Shown here one piece after another: positions 1 to 7,931 of a stretch of 64,000 nucleotides of DNA. The stretch lies in contig UYFQ01000349.1 in NCBI GenBank assembly GCA_900617105.1, forward strand, positions 1 to 64,000. The letters are read 5' to 3'. The notes beneath the pieces are model-generated. The model was not told the DNA's origin and searched no databases. It saw nothing but the letters and a program-made list of their open reading frames with translations. Each line of letters opens with the position of its first letter. The first letter of the stretch is position 1. Origin of the DNA: Hydrurus foetidus (taxonomy: Eukaryota). The translations under genes and the position numbers were made by a program.

Positions 1-195
1 TAGGAAAGCTGTAGAAGTTATCTGCATCGACAGAGTTTGGAGATCGAACGGACCTCTAACTACTGAAAAAAGCAGCAGCTTATAGTCGATTCACTTGTGA
101 CGGTTTTTGCGCAGGTAGATTTTACGATACACTTTTATTAAATGTCATCACTCTTATCAAAGTGAATTATGACAGTCATCTCTCGCACTGAATAG

Positions 196-1295
196 ATCGA
201 AGAGGCGAAGGTACAATGCGGTATCGAGGAGCCTCACTCACGTACCTCGCTCACGCTCGCTGACGAGAGTGGGCGAGAATGTGCTGCTGAAGTAAGCGTT
301 GATCTACTTGTAGCGCTGTCTCGACAGGTACAAGAATTCATAAATTAATATATCTATGTATTATGATGTATTAAGTTGTTATTTCTCTAATTACGAAGGT
401 GGAAACGGACCAGCTACTGTGCGGTGCAGAATTTGAGGAAGATGCGGATAGTAATGAGGTGGAGCAGACTTCAAGCTCAATGAGGAATTCGCTAGAGGTT
501 ATAAATATGAATTATGAAAGTGAGTCTGTCGACATGAACAATGCAATTGAAATAAAAGACCCTTTAGGGGTTAATGAAGAGATCGAGCTCAGCCGGGATG
601 AAGATGTACATAATCCACCTTTTCAGCTACTGAAGGCAGAAAGAGATTTACTGATGTCTTGCACGCAAGATGCTACTTTCAGAAAGAGAACCGGTAATTT
701 AGATTGGGACAAAATTGAGAATATTTTCGTGGAAAGAGCAGATGGCTGCAAGATATTCAAGAGAAACCGCAAAAGATTAAGATCTTCCAAATATTACAAT
801 GCACGTGAAATAGTTGTTACCGAGAATCTACCGTGTAATTCTGAAGAAATAATTCAGAATTATAAAAGAAAAGAGGCTTTGCCCCTAGTGGATTCAAGAG
901 ACGAGGAAGAGGAGGTTGAAGCAGATCAAGTAGCCTTGGACATGCCAGCAACGGGGGCGAGGGCTGACCTGAAGGGCGAGATGAGAGAAGAGTCAGTCAG
1001 TGAAATAGACCAAACTGAACTGGTAGTGAACGATAAAGTGACACGTACTGTACATTCAGGTGAACTAAAAAGAATGGTGGGTACTTTAAGCGATCTTGAA
1101 CGAGACTTTGTTAAGAACTATGGTAAGAAATGTTTAACTATGGGTAAGAACATAGACAATAATTGCATGTTGAAAGAATATAGAGAAATTTTTCATGGCT
1201 TTTCCCGTGATGGAGATGTATTGAAAAAGTGCTGGAATAATTGGAAAAAGGATTCTTCAGCTTATAAAGAATTCATAAAAAAACTTAATAATTAA
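196..1295 (+). CDS. 3' exons of an uncharacterised acidic protein with two Myb/SANT-like helical segments (5' part unresolved)
   Basis: Exon 196-327 (IEEAKVQ...LSRQ) joins in phase 0 through a GT-AG intron (328-398) to ORF 399-1295. Segments NLDWDKIENIF..KRNRKRLRS and ERDFVKNYG..LKKCWNNWKK resemble Myb/SANT/trihelix repeats. Confidence 0.5.
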
Positions 1296-1453
1296 GTCAT
1301 CTATTTTTTTAAAGTTAAATAAATAATTGATTAAAAATTTACGAACAGCAAATCAAGATTTTATCTATCATTTCGATCATGCAAGAGAGAGGCAACTGGT
1401 ATACAGGGGGGTCCCCCAGTAGACATCTCTACATGGTCACTAGCGGCCCCCCC

Positions 1454-1818
1454 TGTCGGAATAACTAATGAGCTAAGTAACCGTATAAGTTATTACGTAT
1501 GTACATTTGATGACGTTTCGTACGTCGTGTGCCGTGTGGTGGTCGCTACTCCACCGGTCCAGGTTCCTTTAACCCAGGAACATCAAAAAGACGAAAGTGC
1601 ACCATGTTTGACTGTGCGGGACAGCGCGATCTTTTCGCCTGTCTCCATGAACGATGTAAGCGATGTTGCATCGTTAATTACCTTAATACTCACACCAGCA
1701 GAGCTTTCGCCTTGAGCCCGGGAAAGTTGCTAGCGCACGTGTTGAACCTGCAGAAGGAGCGCGTACCCAGGAAGGATATAGTTTTCCATTCAGTGGAAAC
1801 TGATCCTTAGTTACGACA
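1454..1818 (+). repeat. 5' LTR (365 bp)
   Basis: TGTCGGAATAACTAA...TTAGTTACGACA; identical to 7466-7830 by eye, and the ORF-track translations of both copies match. Confidence 0.97.
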
Positions 1819-1828
1819 TAATTAACGA
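1819..1828 (+). promoter_or_regulatory. Atypical primer-binding site TAATTAACGA, complementary to LTR-internal 1671-1680
   Basis: Directly abuts the LTR-terminal CA and lacks the TGG of tRNA-CCA-primed PBSs. It is the exact reverse complement of TCGTTAATTA at 1671-1680. Confidence 0.6.
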
Positions 1829-1855
1829 GTTGCTTTCGTTGCAACCAGTTGCAAC

Positions 1856-2968
1856 ATGAAAGGCAGAGGCCGAGGCCGAGAACACAATACCGCAGGCGGT
1901 CGAGCAAACCCTGCCAACGGTGGCAGAGGGAATGCTGGCCGCGGTGCGAAGCCTCCACCAAGAACAGGAACGGTAGCCGCGATCGGCGCATTCCTGGATC
2001 TTGGAAGAGAGATGAACCATGGCAGCGTAAGCGCATGGATGAGGAAGTTCCGCGAGTATACTCGCGCGAACTATAAGTCCGATATCTCTGAGATATTCGG
2101 CAACGAGGGCATACCGGGTGATTACCCGCAATATGTCGCTCCAGCGGACATAGCTGCCGATGCAAATTTCATGGTATCAACAAAATGGAAGCGAGCATTG
2201 GAGCTATATGATAGAAATATACTTACTTTGAGAGAAGACCGAAAGCAAGTCTTCGGACTCATGCTAGGTCAGATTAGCGAAGCGTCGAAAGCGACGATTC
2301 GAGAAGCTGAAACGGGCCTTGCAGCCATGACTGCAGAGGACCCGCTTCTATTGTTGAGAGCTATAATCCTGACCCACCTCTCTGACCCGAGGTTGGGCGC
2401 CGATCAAAATCTGTTGAGAGTCCGAATGGCTTACGAGACAGTCAAGATGGAGCAGAATGACGTGCTGAAGTATTACTATCAACGCTTTAAAGCGTTGAAA
2501 TCCGGATACGAGGACACGATGCGGGCACTAGGGGTCATGCCCGAGTTCAACGAGGCCATGACCGCACATAATGAACTTCTAACAGGGATGAAGTTCATGA
2601 ACGGCCTGAACTCCGGTTACCGTCACTACGTAGAATACTACGAGCACGGACTGAAGGAGTGGCCAGACACACTCGAGGATGCATACATCGAGATGGCTAA
2701 GGTCACGCCGAGGAAATCAGCAGCAGCAACACCACCCAACCAGACCAACGTTTTCGCCACGAAAACGGCTGGCGGTGAGAAACCTACTGATGCTGGTAAA
2801 GGGAAGGCTAGTGGGAACGGGGACAGAGGGAAGGGTGGGCGTACGTCGTACGGCACCCGTCCCGGAAATTGCAATAAGTGCGGTGAAGCCGGACACTACT
2901 CCTATGAGTGTACGGCCAAGGATAGCCAAGCGGGTGCATCAGCACCCAGTGGAAAGTCGGTAAACTAA
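1856..2968 (+). CDS. gag: Retrotransposon Gag
   Basis: 370-aa ORF with an RG-rich N-terminus and C-terminal zinc knuckle CNKCGEAGHYSYEC. Confidence 0.93.
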   Translation: MKGRGRGREHNTAGGRANPANGGRGNAGRGAKPPPRTGTVAAIGAFLDLGREMNHGSVSAWMRKFREYTRANYKSDISEIFGNEGIPGDYPQYVAPADIAADANFMVSTKWKRALELYDRNILTLREDRKQVFGLMLGQISEASKATIREAETGLAAMTAEDPLLLLRAIILTHLSDPRLGADQNLLRVRMAYETVKMEQNDVLKYYYQRFKALKSGYEDTMRALGVMPEFNEAMTAHNELLTGMKFMNGLNSGYRHYVEYYEHGLKEWPDTLEDAYIEMAKVTPRKSAAATPPNQTNVFATKTAGGEKPTDAGKGKASGNGDRGKGGRTSYGTRPGNCNKCGEAGHYSYECTAKDSQAGASAPSGKSVN

Positions 2969-5900
2969 GTAAGATACATTATTCCTCACCTGTACACTCA
3001 CCCACACCTACACCCGTACACACACCTGCACTTACATCCACACACACACCTATACATACACTCACCGATCCTCCATGTTTGGCTGATTCCACTAGCGGAA
3101 TTGAAACATGTGATCATATTGTTTTTAGTGCCAATACATGCAATATATATAACATGATTAGAAGTAGACACATTCTGCTTGACACATGTGCTGGTGAGTC
3201 GGTTTTCAACGACTCATCCCTGCTGTATAATGTCGAACACGCACCCACACCTATGATTGTTAGCGGGGTGAATCCGAAAGGAAAACCGCTGATAATCAAG
3301 AAACGTGGGGTGTCGGCGTTCGGCAACGTGTACTATAGCCCTGACTGTGCTGGTAACATATTGTCTTTTGGTAATGCTGTACGTGACTGTACTGATGTTA
3401 AGTACTTACATGACTATGATTGTTACATAGTGCAAGACGTCAGCGGAAAATATTTTTATAGATTCTCACGAGATGAGGCTATGAATATATACCAATGTAA
3501 TCTTGACACTATGGTAACAGAATGCATGCCAATGTTAGTTACGACAGTAGAGCAGAATAAAAAGAAGTATACAGTAAGAGAAGTCAGAGACGCGTCGTTA
3601 GCTAGAGACTATCAGCGTAGACTAGGATACGCTAGCGCAGCACAGACTATTAAGTTGATATCCCAAGGGAATTTGACTAATAGCAAAGTGACTGCGCGAG
3701 ACGTACATAGAGCCATTGATATATGGGGACCGGACGTGGGATCCCTTAAGGGGAAGACCACTAGTCACCAGGCCAAGTTAGAAGAGAAGTTACCATTGAT
3801 AGGTATAGAGTACAAGACAGAACAAATCATGTACGTAGATATAATGTTCGTCAACCAGGTACCATATCTAGTATCAGTTGTTCAGCCCATCGAGTTCCTA
3901 TACGTTAGCAAGTTAGCTAACCGAGAGCACAAGAGCATATGGAACAGCCTAAAGACTTCATTAGCAAGCATGGTAAAGTACAGATTCAGAGTTAAGATGA
4001 TCCGAGTAGACGGCGAGGGTGCAATCAATACAGAATGGTTTCACAACAAAGTCGGCTTAAGAGGTATAGTACTAGACGTTACCGGAGCCGGAGAAGCCGT
4101 AGCCGTAGTCGAGCGTAAGATACGACACATAAAGGAGAGAGTAAGATCAGTAGTCAATTCTCTACCGTTCTCATTGAATGAGAAATTAGAAGTGTGGTTA
4201 GTTAAGTATGCAGTCAGTAGAATTGTATTAGCACCCACACGTAACTCACTTAATCACATCAGTCCACGAGAGAAATTAACTGGAAGAAAGTTAGACGTAG
4301 ATAAGGAGATTAAACATGGTTTTGGTGATTATGTCCAAGTGCATAATGATGTCATTGATAACTCTACCAAACCAAGAACAGCCGGGGCCATAGCACTTAT
4401 GAGCTCCGGTAATCTAGAAGGTTCATGGTACTACATGCTGTTAGCTAACGAACGTATTGTTAAACGTACTAAAGCGACTGTACTACCTATGCCTGATGAA
4501 GTGATATTACACTTGAATGTATTAGCTTCAAAGAGAAAAACTGCCAATGTTAAACAGCCTGTATTTGAGAATAGTAGTCACATTGTATTCGATGATGATG
4601 ACGATGTTGAAGATGATAGTGCTTACATTGGTGATGTTGAATATGAAACTGTCGATGAAAATGCTAACGCAGATTACACCGATGAGATTATTGAAGATAA
4701 CGATCACAATGATAACGAAACACATCTTGAATCACAACTCGATATGTCTGATGAAAATCACCCACCCACATTAGATGAGTATGTAGATGACACACTATAT
4801 GTGAGTGACACTACATACGACAATGACGAACTATATTATGATGACACACATGATGACACACATGTACCCCAACCTAAATATGATCAAGCACTGATAGATG
4901 ACATATTTGGCATAAGTGATGATGAAGATGACTTTGCTGATGTAACTGTACACACTGAAGTATTCACACCACCTGCCACCATAATTGAAACCGCATATGA
5001 CCCACCCGTTGTAAACTCACCCGTGTTACGTAGAAGTGGTAGAAATCACCAACTTGGTAAATGGGATAAGAAATATGTTGGTAATCTGTTCTACAACCAC
5101 ACTCACCTGTACAAAATGACTGTTAATGAGGGAATTAATAAGTTAGGGGTGATAGCTGTTGATTCCATTACATCTGAATTGAAACAAATGTGTGATAAGA
5201 ATGTTTGGGAAGGTGTAACTTACGAATCCCTCACCCCACAACAAAAACGCACCATTATACCTAGTAGCATGTTCTTGAAAGAAAAGTATACTGCTGATGG
5301 TATGTTTGAAAAACTGAAATCTAGACTAGTAGCCGGTGGGCACTTACAAGATAGAGATGTTTATAACAATGGCGCCTCACCTACTGCTAGCACATCTAGT
5401 GTATTCATGCTGACTGCAATTGCTGCTAGACAGAAGCGTGCTGTCGCCACTGTTGACTTCCCCGGTGCATTCCTGAATAGTGATATGCCGCTGACCGGCG
5501 ACCATGTTGTATACATGCGTCTGAATAAACAACTGACTGCTGCACTAATTAAGATTGATGCAACATATAACAAATACCTGAATAACAATGGAACATGTAT
5601 TGTTAAACTTAAGAAAGCTTTATATGGATGCGTTGAATCTGCTAAACTATGGTATGATAAGCTATCCAGTGATTTGATCAAATTCAATTATACTGCTAAT
5701 GAATATGACATATGCGTATTCAACCGAACTGAATCGGATAACACACAAACATCACTCGTAATTCATGTTGATGATATGATAATTACTGCTTCAAGTGAAT
5801 CTCGCGTTGATGATGTTATAAAACAAATTGAAACTATATATCCCGGTCTAACCAAACACAGAGGAAAAGTTTTAAATTACATAGGCATGACTTTCGACTT

Positions 5901-6837
5901 CAGCAAGGAAGGCTGCGTTAAAATGACTATGGAAGGCTTCGTACAAGACCTCATTGAGGGGTGTAAGGATATGCCGGGCACGGCAAACACACCCGCACGA
6001 GCCAATCTATTCACTATACCTGATGAATCTGACTCACCCTTACCTGATAATCTGCGTGAGCGTTTTCACTCTATTACAGCGAAGCTACTCTACCTGAGTA
6101 AGAGGACGAGGCCAGACATTCTGACTGCCGTAGCGTTCCTGACAAAGAGAGTGCTGAGGCCCCAAAGGGACGACTACGACAAGCTGACCCGTACGATACA
6201 GTACATACGGGGTAGTCAGCATACGGGTATAACATTTGAAGTATATGAACCTATTCATGTTATTGCATATATCGATGCATCCTTTGCCATACATCCCGAT
6301 ATGAAAAGTCACACAGGCAGCGTAATCACCCTTGGGAAGGGAGCGATCTACGCCAAGAGCGGTACTCAGCGCCTCATGACAAAGTCCAGCACGGAGGCCG
6401 AGCTAGTCGCACTCAGCGACTCCGCCAACCAAGTTCTGTGGACCAGGAACTTCCTGGAGTGCCAGGGACACCCTCAACCTCCCGCCTTAGTGTATCAAGA
6501 CAATCAGTCTACGATACAGCTCATACGTAACGGTCGCTCGAACAGCGAACGTACGCGGCACGTTGATATACGGTATTTTTTCCTGCACGACAGAATCAGT
6601 ACAGGCGATGTAGACATTGTGTACCTACCTACTACTGACATGATTGCAGACATTCTAACCAAGCCACTGCAGGGTGAATTGTTCAAGAAGCTCAGGAAGG
6701 AGCTGCTCAACACTTCACCACCTACCCTCACGTACGCAGATGGATGCAAGACTGAGGACCGTACGGACTCCGCACCGACACCCGTACGCACCAATTTCAA
6801 CCCACGATTTCCATACCTTACGTCCAAGAAGAACTAA
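2959..6837 (+). CDS. pol: Retrotransposon Pol (protease, integrase, reverse transcriptase, RNase H); probably made as a Gag-Pol fusion
   Basis: PR ILLDTCAGES; IN YVDIMF/RVDGEG/VVERKIR; RT TVDFPGAFLN, KKALYGCVES, IHVDDM; RH YIDASFA, SSTEAEL, YQDNQS, IADILTK. The frame is open from 2926, overlapping gag in the -1 frame. Confidence 0.95.
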   Translation, partial: GKLSKIHYSSPVHSPTPTPVHTPALTSTHTPIHTLTDPPCLADSTSGIETCDHIVFSANTCNIYNMIRSRHILLDTCAGESVFNDSSLLYNVEHAPTPMIVSGVNPKGKPLIIKKRGVSAFGNVYYSPDCAGNILSFGNAVRDCTDVKYLHDYDCYIVQDVSGKYFYRFSRDEAMNIYQCNLDTMVTECMPMLVTTVEQNKKKYTVREVRDASLARDYQRRLGYASAAQTIKLISQGNLTNSKVTARDVHRAIDIWGPDVGSLKGKTTSHQAKLEEKLPLIGIEYKTEQIMYVDIMFVNQVPYLVSVVQPIEFLYVSKLANREHKSIWNSLKTSLASMVKYRFRVKMIRVDGEGAINTEWFHNKVGLRGIVLDVTGAGEAVAVVERKIRHIKERVRSVVNSLPFSLNEKLEVWLVKYAVSRIVLAPTRNSLNHISPREKLTGRKLDVDKEIKHGFGDYVQVHNDVIDNSTKPRTAGAIALMSSGNLEGSWYYMLLANERIVKRTKATVLPMPDEVILHLNVLASKRKTANVKQPVFENSSHIVFDDDDDVEDDSAYIGDVEYETVDENANADYTDEIIEDNDHNDNETHLESQLDMSDENHPPTLDEYVDDTLYVSDTTYDNDELYYDDTHDDTHVPQPKYDQALIDDIFGISDDEDDFADVTVHTEVFTPPATIIETAYDPPVVNSPVLRRSGRNHQLGKWDKKYVGNLFYNHTHLYKMTVNEGINKLGVIAVDSITSELKQMCDKNVWEGVTYESLTPQQKRTIIPSSMFLKEKYTADGMFEKLKSRLVAGGHLQDRDVYNNGASPTASTSSVFMLTAIAARQKRAVATVDFPGAFLNSDMPLTGDHVVYMRLNKQLTAALIKIDATYNKYLNNNGTCIVKLKKALYGCVESAKLWYDKLSSDLIKFNYTANEYDICVFNRTESDNTQTSLVIHVDDMIITASSESRVDDVIKQIETIYPGLTKHRGKVLNYIGMTFDFSKEGCVKMTMEGFVQDLIEGCKDMPGTANTPARANLFTIPDESDSPLPDNLRERFHSITAKLLYLSKRTRPDILTAVAFLTKRVLRPQRDDYDKLTRTIQYIRGSQHTGITFEVYEPIHVIAYIDASFAIHPDMKSHTGSVITLGKGAIYAKSGTQRLMTKSSTEAELVALSDSANQVLWTRNFLECQGHPQPPALVYQDNQSTIQLIRNGRSNSERTRHVDIRYFFLHDRISTGDVDIVYLPTTDMIADILTKPLQGELFKKLRKELLNTSPPTLTYADGCKTEDRTDSAPTPVRTNFNPRFPYLTSKKN

Positions 6838-6916
6838 CACCTACCGACGAAGAATCCATCCGACATGCTACCCCCCTCCATCTTACCCTTCTACAACGCC
6901 GCTGTCCGCTTCAGCT

Positions 6917-7090
6917 GAAGACTGAACACTCAAGACCCCAAGACTCCGTCATTCCTACTGCCCCCACATCCGACTCTACTACCCCATCAGCGCGCGTCAT
7001 GACGAAGACTGACCACTCAAGACACCAAGACTCCATCATTCCTGCTGCCCCCCTCCATCACTTTTCTTCTACCCCATCAAGTGCGACTCA
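6917..7090 (+). repeat. Two-copy ~87-bp tandem repeat in the retrotransposon 3' UTR
   Basis: GAAGACTGAACACTCAAGACCCCAAGACTCCGTCATTCCTACTGCCCCC at 6917 and GAAGACTGACCACTCAAGACACCAAGACTCCATCATTCCTGCTGCCCCC at 7004. Confidence 0.85.
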
Positions 7091-7458
7091 AGAAAACCCT
7101 GACAGAGACATAAAGAGCGAGGACCGTGGACCCAGACCCAAGACCCGATTCCGGAATCAGATAGTATAACAAGTCAGAAAATTATTTTAAGTGTAATCTT
7201 TTGCGTGTTACATAAAGTCTTTTTAGAATTGTTTAACTCTATGCTCATTCGGATCAGTCAGACCTTATGATACTAATATTACCCTGCATGCAATAAATTA
7301 TCTAACGTCACAATTAAGGTCAACCCCACCATTACCCTACTTCCCTACAATATAAAATCATGTTATGATACACCATTTGTGAAGCTTCAAGTAAACGGAG
7401 CATTTTTGAATTCTATTGCGTTTTCATTCGCGTACACCAACCCGACGACTCACGCCAT

Positions 7459-7465
7459 AGGGGTG
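7459..7465 (+). promoter_or_regulatory. Short polypurine tract (AGGGGTG) for plus-strand priming
   Basis: G-rich tract immediately 5' of the 3' LTR. Confidence 0.65.
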
Positions 7466-7830
7466 TGTCGGAATAACTAATGAGCTAAGTAACCGTATAA
7501 GTTATTACGTATGTACATTTGATGACGTTTCGTACGTCGTGTGCCGTGTGGTGGTCGCTACTCCACCGGTCCAGGTTCCTTTAACCCAGGAACATCAAAA
7601 AGACGAAAGTGCACCATGTTTGACTGTGCGGGACAGCGCGATCTTTTCGCCTGTCTCCATGAACGATGTAAGCGATGTTGCATCGTTAATTACCTTAATA
7701 CTCACACCAGCAGAGCTTTCGCCTTGAGCCCGGGAAAGTTGCTAGCGCACGTGTTGAACCTGCAGAAGGAGCGCGTACCCAGGAAGGATATAGTTTTCCA
7801 TTCAGTGGAAACTGATCCTTAGTTACGACA
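7466..7830 (+). repeat. 3' LTR (365 bp)
   Basis: Identical to the 5' LTR and followed by CCCCC. Confidence 0.97.
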
Positions 7831-7931
7831 CCCCCCCTCCCAAAAAAAATCCGACCTGATTAATTAATCCAAGACTGCGCCGCCCTGGACTCCATTAACA
7901 ACTCTTCACATCGAATGGGACTTCGAACGTA

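Larger units (their letters stand above)
1454..7830 (+). mobile_element. Full-length Ty1/copia LTR retrotransposon, diatom CoDi-like
   Basis: Two identical 365-bp LTRs (TGTCG...CGACA) with a 5-bp CCCCC TSD (1449-1453 and 7831-7835). Gag has a CCHC knuckle and pol has the copia order PR-IN-RT-RH. Confidence 0.97.

Noticed and set aside
1406..1443. Helitron-like 3' end (hairpin then CTAG)
   Set aside because: CTAG is followed by C rather than T, the hairpin is weak and no Rep/helicase is visible.
1527..1810. Short ORFs in both LTRs (62 and 93 aa; also 7539-7822)
   Set aside because: GTG-started chance ORFs, duplicated only because the LTR is duplicated; no domain motifs.
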